The notes: generated from the letters alone by a model not told the origin. A stretch of DNA of 64,000 nt from Eledone cirrhosa (GCA_964016885.1 OZ024740.1:267096001-267160000), one strand, 5' to 3'; positions 41,147 to 54,784 are shown, counted from the stretch's first letter. Numbers and translations are program-made.

Positions 41147-41879
41147 TGGTTGGGATTTAAAAAAAAACCCTTTGAATGGAAAAAAAGGGTGAGTATTGTC
41201 GTACATGGGACACGAACCCAAATCTTTAATTTGTCGGACCAATATGTTACCCTTAAACCAACACGCCACGCATGCTTCCCTCCATTCAATTAGAAGCTAT
41301 ATAACCATAGCAGGTATATATATATATATGTGTGTGTATATATATCCAAAATAAATTTAATTAAATTAAATTAAGGGAGTCATGTCCGAGACATGCGCAT
41401 TATCCACCGTAGAATAAGCTCAAAGATTCCAATGAATAGATCCGAGCATTTTATATCAACTAGAAACTGATTGACATATATATATATTTAAAATAAACAC
41501 ATGAAACAATCACAGGGGATAATTTGTAAAGTGTGTAATCACACATAGCTAGGTAGGTAATTAATTAAAGTTTAACTAGAGTTTCAAATATTACCTTTTA
41601 AAAAATAGGGAGACAAACGGCTAGCGAATTTGAAAATTAGGTAGTAACATGTGCTTTAGTTGCATAGAATTAATCTGTTAGTTGGGATTAAAAAAAACCC
41701 TCTGACGTACATGGGACACGAACCCACATCTTTGGTTTTCCGGATCTATGTGTACCATTCAGAGGGTTTTTTTTAAATCCCAACTAACAGACTAATTGTA
41801 TTAAGTCAAATACGGCGTAAACACATGTTACTATCTCATTTTCAAATCCGCTAGTAAACAAAGCCTGCTTTCTATCTCC

Positions 41880-42005
<126 letters not shown>

Positions 42006-42269
42006 GGTTGTGTGTAGATGGTTGTGTGATGACTGCATTGTGTAATCACAGAAATATGTATTACGACAGATATGAATAAAATGAGTTATGAATTCTAACA
42101 TCTGGCCTTCGAAATTATCATTTTTGTTTATATACTACGTCGTGGACTCCAACATCGCATTTGGAAGGATACATATGTCGCTGGGTTCTGGAATCTAATT
42201 TACTAATTGAGGTGTTGTATGCACATCCCAGTTGTCAACATCTTATACAAAAGTATATATATATATATA

Positions 42270-42879
42270 TAAGTTTTAATATAGATGAGATTCTACAGGA
42301 CTAGAACTGTTTCATTCTTTAGAAATCATCAGGAATCTGGGTATCAAAAAATAAATATGGAATTTATAGGTCTCTACAAGTGGTAGGAGAGGGTGGGGAA
42401 TGGGATGGGTGTAGGTCATTGGTTGATAGAAAAGGGAATTCATTAAAAGCTAATTCTACAAAGCTATTCTATCTACCATGACTGACCCCCCACTGATCTT
42501 ATAGACATCTGTTAGCTTAAGAGAAACTTAATGACAAGGAATGGTATGCCATCCGGAACCTGTTTATAGAATTCTGTCTGCCTTTGTTACTCTAAAAACA
42601 AAAATTAAAAATAAACTATAGCTTTGTAGAATTAGCTTTTAATGAATTCCCTTTTCTATCAACCAATGACCTACACCCATCCCATTCCCCACCCTCTCCT
42701 ACCACTTGTAGAGACCTATAAATTACATATTTATTTTTTGATACCCAGATTCCTGATGATTTCTAAAGAATGAAACAGTTCTAGTCCTGTAGAATTTCAT
42801 CTACATTAAAACTTTTATACTCTGCAATGTATTGAGTACCTTACTTACTGTGGTTACCTCCGATTCAACCCGGAATAAC

Positions 42880-42880
<1 letters not shown>
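42270..42880. mobile_element. palindromic pLTR-type element with HHR motif
   Basis: IR ~42270-42467/42618-42814; CTGATGA-T-TTC taaa GAA-T-GAAAC agttcta GTC at 42753. Confidence 0.85.
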
Positions 42881-42914
<34 letters not shown>

Positions 42915-43211
42915 AAGAAAGAAGAGTAACATGGTGGCTGTACAATAAGGGCTTTATTTAACTGGATTACCTCTAACTGGGTTGCCTATAACAATAATTT
43001 GTTATCCCATATATATATATACATATACACGCTGATGTTGACGGATGAAAGAAGAACCAATCAAGGGTTAGTAGGTTAGTATATAAACGATTAAGTATGT
43101 CACATCTTACGAACTTACAAAGTTCCTGTGAAAGGTGAGACACTAAATTATATATGCATGTATGCATGTATGTATGTATGTATGTATGTATGTATGTATG
43201 AATGTATGTAT

Positions 43212-43277
<66 letters not shown>

Positions 43278-43315
43278 GATGGCTGCCCCCTCGTTATCGA
43301 GTATGGGCATTGCAC

Positions 43316-43503
43316 GGCGGTGTATTGGCAGTATCGGTAGAGGGTCGGACGACATGCTTTGACGCATAGAGTTTCGGCCCTTGCCATTCTGAGTTCAAAT
43401 CCCGCCGAGGTTAACTTTGCCTTTCATCCTTACGGGGTCGATAAAATAAAGTACCAGTAATGCACTGATTAATTGCTGGCCTTGTGGCAAAATTAGAAAC
43501 AAT
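43316..43503 (+). mobile_element. SINE, full length, inserted in an older repeat
   Basis: same consensus as 12601 and 47711. Confidence 0.85.
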
Positions 43504-43761
43504 TAATTAATTCTATCGTGCAATGCCTGTGCGTGAAGATATTTTTAAAGTGAAGCAAGACTGTGCACTGAGCCAATTCCACTCTCTGAGCGACAGTAGC
43601 TATAACCCGAAAAGAAGACAAGATCAACATCATCGGTAACTACTGAGCTGCAGGTTTTATATCGGAGTTATCCCAGTTTCCTGAGTTGCCTTCTCCTAGA
43701 AGAATGCCCTGAGAAAGTACATGCGTATATATATATTTACATATGTACATGTCTATATACA

Positions 43762-43851
<90 letters not shown>

Positions 43852-44401
43852 TGTGCGTTCGTGTGTGTGCGTGCGCGCGTGTGTATATGTGTGTAGTTCA
43901 AAAATAAACATCACAAACACAGAGATGTACAAACATAAAATCTTAATAGATTCACGTTTGGGAATGAAGATAAAGAAAAAAAATATCTATGTTTCAAAAT
44001 ATCGGACATAAGTCCTTCATCAAGAAAGTGTAAAATTTGGAGAAAGGGAACTTCGTAAAAAAAATAGAAGCTCGAAGGCTGGAAAAAAATTTATGAGCAA
44101 GTTTAGAAGAAATAGCGTCGGAAAATTCTGCAAATCAAATATTGGACTATACAAAAGGAACAAACAGTTAGTTTCGATCTTCATTCATCCGTTCTAAACA
44201 TGAATATCGAAGAATATTAAAGATATTGAAGGAAATTCGTGTTTTCGGTATTTTAATGATGGTAATTGCGAGCGCTCGAAATATACCCTAGCGACATATT
44301 GAAACGAGTAGTTGTATGTATGTACATATGTATGTATATTTGTATGTTTGTATATATGTTGCTTGTATGTATGCATGCATGTATGTATGTATGTATGTAT
44401 G

Positions 44402-44837
44402 TTCTTCTGGTTTTATAATTTCATAAATGTTTGCCAATAGAGAGAGAGTCGGTTTCTAACATAGACACAAGACCCTCTCATTGGAATTTACACTAGGTAG
44501 ATATGTATGCATGTCTTCACGCATGCATGTGTGCGCAGGTATGGATGTTATTGTGTGTGTGGATGTGCATGTTTTGAGTTGTATGTGTGCATGTGCATAT
44601 GCTTTGCATCTGTACAAGTGTATATGCAGTTATTAGATGCGGGATTTGGGGAATGTTTTACATATTTTTACTGTTCCATTAATGGATTGTACTTGTAATT
44701 TCCTAATTAGTCGTGTTCTTTCTGTTTCTGTGAAGCCCAGCTTCTCATGATTTGAATTGAGGCAGTCACTAACATATCCCAGTGCCCCAATAATCACAGG
44801 CATAAATCTGAAGGTGTAATCAGGGTGGAGTATCTGC

Positions 44838-44838
<1 letters not shown>
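44402..44838 (-). mobile_element. R4/Dong-like retrotransposon 3' end (second copy 45559-45828)
   Basis: MQILHPDYTFRFMPVIIGALGYV..LQVQSINGTVKICKTF; bounded by (TATG)n. Confidence 0.8.
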
Positions 44839-44868
<30 letters not shown>

Positions 44869-44930
44869 TGTATGTATGTATGTATGTATGTATGTATGTA
44901 TGTATGTATGTATGTATGTATGTATGTATG

Positions 44931-45540
44931 TTGGTGCTACTGTTGGTGCTACTGGTAACATGTATCCCAGTACAACCTGTCTCATGGTCGGGTCGTTGGC
45001 GACTAAACTGGCAACCCCACCAAGGTTTCTTGGTGAGGAGGGTGACTTTGGACATCCTGCAGGACTAAAAACAAAATATGTCAAAGACAAAGGAGCTGTT
45101 AAGAGTCAATGGCCATCCAAAATCACCGGGAGAGATGACCCCTTAGCTTTTGTCAAGGCACAATTCTAGGAGAAGGAAAACTCTGATATAACACCTGCAA
45201 CCCTGATGGTATCCAATGATGTTGACTTGTTCTTCTTTTTGGTAAATATCATCTTGGTTAAGAGAGTGGGACTGGCTTTGTGCAGTGCCTTTGCTCACTA
45301 TAAAAGCTTCACGGCACAGGCATTGCTTTATATCTGGAGATCTCTCTGCACTTGTCGTCACATGGTACCATGGGCCCAGCACTATGTGTCAGTAATTGTC
45401 ACAAGTGTAGTGTTTGTACCAGAGTTTTCAAGTCGTTGGCTGGACTAAAAGGTCACACTCGTTCAGCGCATCAGTAGGGGTTCTCCCTCATGGATATAAA
45501 GTAGTGGCCGTACTCGAAAACGAGTTGGCAGCCACCACCA
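44931..45540 (-). mobile_element. ~600-bp (TACA)n-embedded repeat, possibly the 5' region of the R4/Dong-like element (relatives 46839-47133 -, 48192-48707 +, 43277-43715 +)
   Basis: near-identical to 46839-47133; shares CACCCTCCTCACCAAG..CTTGGTGGGG and ACAGGTTGTACTGGG with 48192-48707. Confidence 0.65.
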
Positions 45541-46059
45541 TGTATGTATGTATGTATGTTCTTCTGGTTTTATAATTTCACAAAGTTTTACCAATAGAGA
45601 GAGAGTCGGTTTCTAACATAGACACAAGACTCTCTCATTGGAATTTACACAACATCAACTAGGTAGATATGTATGTATGCATGGATGTGTAGATATGGAT
45701 GTTATTGTATGTGTGGATGTGGATGTTTTGAGTTGTATGTGTGCATGTGTATATGTTTATATGCAGTTATTAGATGCAAAATTTTTGGAATGTTTTACAT
45801 AATTTTACTGTTCCATTAAGTGATTGTACGTATCTATGTATGTATGTACGTACGTATGTATGTATGTATTTATATATGTATGTATTTTTTAATTATTTGA
45901 ATTCTTCACGGAAGGAAGGAGTTGGTTTCTATGTACGTATGCACGTATGTATATGTGTATACATGTATATATGTATTATGTATGTTTGCATGTATGTAGG
46001 TTATGTATGTCTGGACGTATGTATGTAAGAATGTATGTATGCATGTAATATGTATGTGT

Positions 46060-46563
46060 TATCTCTTTCTCTTAATTTCGAGTATATTTTTTTGACCGGC
46101 CACCTTCCTGGTGGCAAGGTTGTAAAAGAAAAGAAATTGTCATCCCTTGAATCGCAAGAATGTTTTGCAAATTTTTAAGGTGCCAGCTATCGCAGCCATT
46201 TGTAGACTATGAATTAGGGAGCTGCGCTCTTTGTCCCCAAATCCAAGTTCAGTCATACTTTGGTCCAAGCGGGTTGGTATATAACCCGTAGCTCCAATAA
46301 TGATGGGTATGAAGCTAAAGGTGTATCTTGGATACTGGATTTGTAAACTCCTCATCAATGGTCCGTAGATGTCCTCCTTCTCCTGTATTTTTCTGACAAC
46401 GTTTACATCAAGTGGGCAGCTGATCTCCACAACAGAACACGTTTTCAATGTGTGGTCCCAAACAACATTATCAGGCCGGTTGTGCTTTAATTTGGTGGCA
46501 GTTTTTATTTTCGGGTTCCACCAGTATTCCTTAGTGCCATCTGTCTCAATATATTCTTCCTCT
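46060..46563 (-). mobile_element. R4/Dong-like RLE domain fragment
   Basis: EYWWNPKIKT..KHNRPDNVVWD..VVEISCPLDVNV..EKEDIY..IPIIIGATG (PD..E..K restriction-like endonuclease). Confidence 0.88.
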
Positions 46564-46638
46564 GTATGTATGTATGTATGTATGTATGTATGTATGTATG
46601 TATGTATGTATGTATGTATGTATGTATTCCTATGTATG

Positions 46639-46672
<34 letters not shown>

Positions 46673-46690
46673 TGTATGTATGTATGGTAA

Positions 46691-46721
<31 letters not shown>

Positions 46722-46774
46722 TGTATGTATGTATGTATGGTAAATATGTATGTATGTATGTATGTATTCCTATG

Positions 46775-46808
<34 letters not shown>

Positions 46809-47524
46809 TGTATGTATGGTAAATATGTATGTATGTATGGTAAATATAATCTTGGTTAAGAGAGTGGGACTGGCTTTGTGCAGTGCCTTTGCTCACTATA
46901 AAAGCTTCACAGCACAGGCATTGCTTTATATCTGGAGATCTCTCTGCACTTGTCATCACATGGTACCATGGGCCCTGCACTATGTGTCAATAATGGTCAC
47001 AAGTGTAGTCTTTGTACCAGAGTTTTCAAGTCGCTGGCTGGACTAAAAAGTCACATTCGTTCAGCGCATCGGTAGGGGTTCTCCTACATGGATATAAAGT
47101 AGTGGCCGTACTCGAAAACGAGTTGGCAGCCACTATGTATGTATGTATGTATGTATGTATGTATGTATGTATGTATGTATGTATGTATGTATGTATTCCT
47201 ATGTATGTATGTATGTATGTATGTATGGATTGGTATTAGCGTATTTCTGTGCTTTTTTTTTCTGAAAGCAGCTGCAGGATATCCGTTGAAGTTTTTTTTC
47301 AACTGATGGCTAATATATTATTTGACATATAAATTGAGAAATTCGCACACACATATATCTAACAAAGTTCCACACCCACGCACACGCACACACATACATA
47401 TATATCCAACGAAGTTCGCCATACCCACTCACACATAAGCATACACACACATATGCATACATACATGCATACACATACATGCACACACACACACACACAT
47501 ACATACATACATACATACATACAT

Positions 47525-47557
<33 letters not shown>

Positions 47558-47589
47558 TACATACATACATACATACATACATACATACA

Positions 47590-47623
<34 letters not shown>

Positions 47624-47710
47624 CATGTGGGGTGTGTGTGATTGTGTGGTTAATATGTCTGGTTTGGTCTCACTACATAGCACGTGGCAACACTATGTGT
47701 ATATATATAG

Positions 47711-47927
47711 GGTGGTGGATTGGCAGTATCGGTAGAGGGTCGGACGCCATGCTTTGCAGCATAGAGTTACGGCCCTTTATGATCTGAGTTCAAATCCCGC
47801 CGAGGTTAACTTTGCCTTTCATCCTTACGAGGTCGATAAAATAAAGTACCAGTCACGCACTGGGGTCGATTTAATCGACTTTCCCCTCCCCCCAAAATTG
47901 CTGGCCTTGTGCCTATATAAGAAACCA
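47711..47927 (+). mobile_element. SINE, full length
   Basis: complete consensus including the GGGGTCGATTTAATCGAC hairpin and TGCTGGCCTTGTGCC tail. Confidence 0.88.
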
Positions 47928-50462
47928 CTATGTGTATATATATATACAGATAGATAGATAGAGAGAAAGAGAGAGAGAGAGGGGGGGGGTAGATTACTTG
48001 GTAGATTTGGAGGATGTGGCTGTGCTCAGAACATTCACAAGCCCTTCTAGACCGGGGAATTATTTGCTGTTGATGATCTGATTAATTTGTTGCAAGTCCG
48101 TTGGTTTGAGGGAAAATGGGGAGAGAATGAGTTGCAGATTGCAAAACACATACACACATATACGTATATATATACATATATACGTACATGCATGATGGCT
48201 GAAAACTCTGCTAAGCGTACTGCAAACGCTTGTCAGGTTATAGAATTCGGTGCACTTTTAGGCTACGGCCAGCCACACTAACCTATAACATATCCTGAAC
48301 AAGCAATGCCTGTACTTTGAAGGTTTTTTAAGAGGGGAAAGGCCTTGAACTTGACCAATCCCACTCTCTGACCATCGAAAACACTACCCGAAAGGAGAAC
48401 TGGTCAACATCATCGGATGCTTCCGAAGCCGCAGGTTTCCCTCTCCTAGAAAGGTGTTGTGACAACTACTGGGGGCTTTTTCACTCCCAGGTGAAAAAAA
48501 AAAAAAAAGTACTATTTGGATGGCCGTTGACTCTGCTGAGTTCCTCCGCCCTTTGCCGGGCTTTGTATTTCATCCCGCAGGGTGTCCAAATATCACCCTC
48601 CTCACCAAGCAAGCTTGGTGGGGGTGCCGGTTTAGTCCCCGACGACCCGACCAAGAGACAGGTTGTACTGGGTTACATGTTGCCAGTAGCACTTGAGAGC
48701 GACCTGACATACGTACATACATATATACATACATACATATATACATATATGTATACATATATACATACATATAGACACATAAATACATACGTACACATAC
48801 ATACATACAGACAGACAGTCAGACAGGCAGACAGACAGACAGACAGACAGACAGCGATCAACCGATTACTGAGAACGATTAGTTGTCAGAAACAATAGAG
48901 CGAAAGAGTAATGTTTTAGAATCTAAATTTGGTTTTCCACCTTCTGATTTCAAACCATATTGGGTTCCTATATTTTAATTATCCTGGGCTCCGAAATCAA
49001 CAAGGAGGGGCTTCAAAACTATTATGAAGGAAGAGCTTCAAAACAATTATGAAAAGCTCTGTGCAATGCCTTTAACTTACTCCTTCTGTCCATCTTCGAT
49101 ATTTCGTCTTAAAAATTCAACCCGAGCTAATTTTCTGGCCATGTTGTTATTGAGTACGACGGATTAGCAGAAACGGTAAAGCGTATTACAAAATGCTTTT
49201 CCCCTACAGTCAAATTTGTAGTGGTAGGTTTTAGATTGCATTAATTTACATTTGTTCTTATATAAATTTTATAATGATACTGTTTTGTTCAGTAGTTTCT
49301 CTTGTAGATAATATCGTCTACACAAACTTTCGATCGTTCAAATCTTTGGTCTCGTTCAAGAAAAACACCTGAAGACCATTGAAAATTATACCACTTGAAA
49401 GACTGTGTTTATAACACACCTTCTTTGTATTCGATCGACAAAATCCCAGAACTCGTCCGCTTTCCGAGTCGGTTGAACTCGTCAAATCGTGCCAAGAAAA
49501 TAATGTTTTTATTGGTCTTTCAATCGCTGATACTATCTACCGGTCGCAACTCCTGGCAGAAAGAGAATGAGAAATAAAGTGTCTTACTGAAGGTCATAAC
49601 GCATTGCCCAATCCGGGAATCGAATTCACAATCACATGGTTGCGAATCCAATACTCTAGCCGCTCAGTCACGCACCTTTACATCTAAGGTACAGAAATAA
49701 TCTGGAAAACAGAAATCATTCAGGTTGCATTTGTTAATCTGTGGGATAAATGATTTGTGTGCCATTTTACAACATTGAAACTGCTTCACTTCTTTCATAA
49801 ATATCCCCGGGGAAGATAACAATCGACCCATTAGCCTCAACATTTTTTCTTACCTTCTATAAATTTAACGAGTTCAGGTCTCTGTCGAAGTCCTTATTCT
49901 GGCATTACAGGGTAATTGAATTTTGTAGTAATATTTAAAATGAAGAGATCATCCCCCCCCCCCCCCCCCCCCACCATCTTTTTCATACAAATATCATGTT
50001 CATTATTTTTACTATCTATTATTCCCGAGCATTGTTTGAATTCAAGTAAATACACCGCTTCTGTTTTGAAATAAAATTAATTGGAATATTTGTATTTTAA
50101 TCATCATAGGTATTCAATTTGATCTATATATACGTGTTGTCTTTATATTTTCATGTATTAAATAAAACTTTCAATAACAAAGCAGATAGGTCTAAACATT
50201 TACAGAAACTAAATACACAATAAATATGTGTAGCGTATAAATATGTCTAAACACAAATGTATTGGCATGTACATATCTCTACATTTTTAATTGCACAACA
50301 TTTTTTTAACAATAATGCACATATCGGAGCAGGGATGGCAGTGTGGTTAAGGTGTTTGCTTTGTAGCCACGTCACTTGGAGTTCAGTCCCACTGCATGCC
50401 GACTGAATCAAATATTTTCTACTAATGCTTTGTGAGTGAAATTATATGGAAGCCAGTCGTAT

Positions 50463-50516
<54 letters not shown>

Positions 50517-50524
<8 letters not shown>

Positions 50525-50762
50525 CTGAACAATGAAAACAAATTAGACAGGGTTTAGTACTTAATTAATCCATTGTTTCACGATCGTTTCAAAGGGCAAA
50601 ATAAACTAAGATTTTTATCGATATATTGACTAATCGATAGTAGTAATGCAACAATATATCGATAAAATCTTAATTTGTTTTGCTCTTTGAATCGATCAGA
50701 GAACAATGGATTAATTAAGTACTAAATGCTGTCATATTCGTTTTCATGGTTCAACCTTATAT
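50517..50762. repeat. diverged palindromic element
   Basis: arms ~50517-50628/50652-50762; GAAACGATCGT HHR-like 3' half on the - strand. Confidence 0.75.
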
Positions 50763-50875
50763 ATCTGGATCTGCAGTTTTTGAATACTCATCGAAATATC
50801 ATAAATAAATTATTTCGTTTTGTTTTGATGGGATATACATATCTACACCACCTATCTTGATTGAGTAGAATATCA

Positions 50876-50939
<64 letters not shown>

Positions 50940-51324
50940 AAATAAAAGGAAATTCCTTGGTACAGTATAATATATAAATATTATGAAATTTGAAATATGT
51001 AAATCCTATCCAGGAAGATTATGTATAATGAAAGTTATGAATAGAAGAGGTGACAGTAGCACCCTCGCTGAGTCCGACATTTATATTGAATAGTTTCGAC
51101 TTAACACTATTTATCTTAACACTATTTATCTTAACACAAATACAAGGGTATTTGTATAGAGAAATGAGAGCCACAAGACGCTGTCCATCGATCTTCTACG
51201 CTTGCAGAACCTTCCACAATAGGTCTCGTGGAACGTGGTCATATACATTTTCGAGTTCTACGAAACAAGCATCCACCTCCAGGCAATACTACCACGGGTC
51301 TCCTCTCTTCAGAGAGGGGTAGCC

Positions 51325-51660
51325 ACCCGTGGTGGAGAGAATACTTTTCAGATCTTCTAAACCCGGTCACAATAGTGTTTTCTGATATACATGAGGTGCA
51401 TCTAGGAGCGATGACTAACTAACCTCTAAGAAGCTAAGGACACAAGAGCAATTAAAGAGTTCAAATTGCCTCTGGGGTTGATGAAATTCCATCTGAAATG
51501 TTAAAGCTGAAATAGAGAAGGTATTCACTGGGTGATTTGGGTGTATTCTCTGGGTGTGCCGGAGGCCTGGCTCTTTGGAAAGGCACCTAAGCAATGGCAA
51601 TCAAGAGTGATATTCCCAATTTTCAAAAAGGGAGACAAGAGAGATTGCTTCAATTATGTA
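51325..51660 (+). mobile_element. decayed RTE-like LINE RT N-terminal fragment
   Basis: WREYFSDLLNP..GVDEIPSEMLKA..QWQSRVIFPIFKKGDKRDCFNY. Confidence 0.8.
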
Positions 51661-52004
51661 GTTATATACTGTTGCAATACGGCATAGTTTTCGTTGTTGT
51701 TTTTCTAGTTGTTGCTGTTGTTGTTGTCGAAGATGACTAGGATGGTGATGTGATTGTCATTGCCTCTATTTGTTACTGTTGTTATTGTTATCACTGTTGT
51801 TGTTGTTGTTGTTGTTGTTGTTGTGAATACTACTACTACTGTTTTTTATGTTGCTTTTTAGATTCTTTTTACTACTGCTGCTCTTGTTGATGATGATGAT
51901 GGTTATACCGATGATAATGTGGCTGTTATTATCACATAAGCTGTTGCTATTGTTTTTGTTGTTGTAATGCACTCATTAACGATATTACTCAATATCGTCG
52001 TTTC

Positions 52005-52338
52005 TCAAAATGTTTATTCTTGTGGAACCCTTGAAATAGTTTTCATGTCTCGGGGAGCCCATGCATAAGAATTATTATATACCATTAATGGTTTCTTATA
52101 TAGGCACAGGGCCAGCAATTTGGGAAGAGGGGAAAGTCGATTAAATCGACCCCTGTGCGTGACTGGTACTTTATTTTATCGATCCCGTAAGGATGAAAGG
52201 CAAAGTTAACCTCAGCGAGATTTGAACTCAGGCCATAAAGAGGCCTAACTCTAACGTCCGACCCTCTACCGATACTACCAATCCACTGACTTCTTATAGA
52301 ACTCTAGGGTTCTAGGGAGCACCAATTGAGAAACGCTA
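52005..52338. mobile_element. hAT-like MITE with a nested antisense SINE (52090-52290)
   Basis: termini CGTTTCTCAA / TTGAGAAACG, sub-terminal GGAACCC / GGGTTC. Confidence 0.6.
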
Positions 52339-52496
52339 CTCTATATTTTCAGACTCGTTAATTCTCATGCTATTCTTAATGTTGATTATAAAGCAAAACG
52401 CTGTCAAATCTCTGAATTTATTCGCTCGTTTTAATGTATATATAATGTGGTAAATAAATATATACATATATATTAGATCTGAACATATATATTAGA

Positions 52497-52775
52497 TCTG
52501 GACGGAATAGAGAAGATGTTTCCTCGGAGTATGGTGAGTGAGGGAGACTCGTTGGAAGAGCCATTCCAGCTCGCGAAGCTCACACCTGCAGGTAGCCAAC
52601 TCTGTGTCGGTGGTGGGGAGTAGGGAGGTGGTTCTAGGGCTAAGGACACCAGAAGTCCACTACTACGGGCTCTACCGCAAACCTGTGGAAGAGCGACCGA
52701 TATTTGGAGAGTTTACCCTCCTCGGCCCGAAGTGCAGCAGAGCTTGGGTTAGTCGCAGACTGCACCAGGTTGTCG
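52497..52775 (-). mobile_element. CRE-like RLE retrotransposon 3' fragment
   Basis: NLVQSATNPSSAALRAEEGKLSKYRSLFHRFAVEPV..TSGVL..RELEWLFQRVSLT..ILRGN (frameshifted); homologous to 660-890. Confidence 0.8.
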
Positions 52776-52879
52776 CTGCAATTGGTCATGTTGCTGCTGT
52801 TACAATTGTTGTTGCTTGATTCCCTTCGCTTAATCTGTCTGTAGTTTACATTTAGTTATCTCATTTCAACTTGTTTTAC

Positions 52880-53376
52880 TAGTTGTTATTGTAGTTGCTG
52901 CTGCTGTTATTGTTGTTGTTGTTGTTGTTGTTGTTGCTGCTGCTGCTGCTGCTGCAGCTGCTGTAATTGTTGCGATTGTTGCTGAGTTACAGTTGAAAAT
53001 GTTGTTGTTGCTGCTGTTGTTGTTGTTACTGCTGTAGTTGTTGTTATTGTTGTTGATGTTACAGTTGAAAATGTTGTTGTTGTTGCTGCTGTTGTTGTTG
53101 TTACTGCTGTAGTTGTTGTTATTGTTGTTGATGTTACAGTCGAAAATGTTGTTGTTGCTGCTGTTGTTGTTGTTACTGCTGTAGTTGTTGTTATTGTTGT
53201 TGATGTTACAGTCGAAAATGTTGTTGTTGTTGCTGCTGTTGTTGTTGTTACTGCTGTAGTTGTTGTTGTTGTTGTTGATGTTACTGTCGAAAATGTTTTT
53301 GGTGTTGCTACAGCTGCTGTTGTTATTACTGCTGCTGTAGTTGCTGCGATTGTTACTGGTGTTGAAAATGTTGTTT

Positions 53377-53410
<34 letters not shown>

Positions 53411-53660
53411 AACTGTTGCTTCTTGGTATTTGTTTCATTAGTGTGTCAGTCGTAATTGATTTTCAGTGCGTACTGTTTTAAAAGATAATTATTGTTGTTG
53501 TTGGTGTTGTAGTTACTGCTGTTGTTGTTGTTGTTGTTGTTACTGCTGCTGCAGTTGTTGTTGTTGTTGTTGTTACTGCTGCTGCTGCAGCTGTTGTTGT
53601 TGTTACTGCTGTTGTTGTGTTTGTTGCTGCTGTTGTTGTTGTTGTTGTTGTTGTTACTGC

Positions 53661-53694
<34 letters not shown>

Positions 53695-53728
53695 ACTGCT
53701 GTTGTTGTTGTTGTTGTTGTTACTGCAG

Positions 53729-53760
<32 letters not shown>

Positions 53761-53918
53761 ACTGCTGTTGTTGTTGTTGTTGTTGTTACTGTTGTTGTTG
53801 TTTTTGTTGCTGTTGTTGTTGTTGTTACTGCTGTTGTTGTTTTTGTTGCTGCTGTTGTTGTTTTTGTTACTGTTGCTGTTGTTGTTGTTACTGCTGTTGT
53901 TGCTGTTGTTGTTTTTGT

Positions 53919-53959
<41 letters not shown>

Positions 53960-53979
53960 TTACTGCTGTTGTTGTTTTT

Positions 53980-54010
<31 letters not shown>

Positions 54011-54074
54011 TTACTGCTGTTGTTGTTTTTGTTGCTGCTGTTGTTGTTTTTGTTGCTGCTGTTGTTCTTTTTGT

Positions 54075-54118
<44 letters not shown>

Positions 54119-54475
54119 TTACTGCTGGTGTTGTTTTTGTTGCTGCTGTTGTTGTTTTTGTTGCTGCTGTTGTTGTTATTGCTGCTGTTGTTGTTGTTAC
54201 TGCTGTTGTTGTTTTTGTTGCTGCTGTTGTTGTTTTTGTTGCTGCTGTTGTTGTTGTTGTTGTTACTGATGCTGTTATTGTTGTTACTGCTGTTGTTGTT
54301 GTTGTTACTGCTGTTGTTGTTGTTACTGCTGTTGTTGTTGTTGTTGCTGCTGTTGTTGTTTTTGTTGCTGCTGCTGATGTTGTTGTTGTTTTCGTTACTG
54401 ATGGTCGTGGCGTTGGTGGTGTTGTTGCTTTTCTTGTTGCTGTTGTTGATACTGCTGCTGCTGCTGCTGCTACTG

Positions 54476-54507
<32 letters not shown>

Positions 54508-54770
54508 GGTTATGATGATGCTGTTGTTGTTATTATTTCTGTTGTTGCTGCTATTGTTGTTACTGTTGATGCTGCTGCTGTTACTGTTATTGTTGTGGTT
54601 GTTGTTATAATTGGTGTTGTTGATACTGCTGATGTTGTTGTTATTATTGTTGTTATGATTGTAATTATTATTTCAGTTGCTGCTGGTGTTGTTGCTGCTG
54701 CAACTGCTATTGTTGTTGTTGTTATTGTTGTTGTTGTTATTGTTGTTGTTGTTGTTGTTACTGCTGCTAT
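52880..54770. repeat. ~1.9 kb compound (GTT/GCT/ACT)n trinucleotide tract
   Basis: read directly from the sequence. Confidence 0.97.
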
Positions 54771-54784
54771 AACTTTCATTCATT

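Noticed and set aside
51235-51320. CTGAAGA..GAAA on the minus strand as a hammerhead
   Set aside because: No stem I pairing; likely chance
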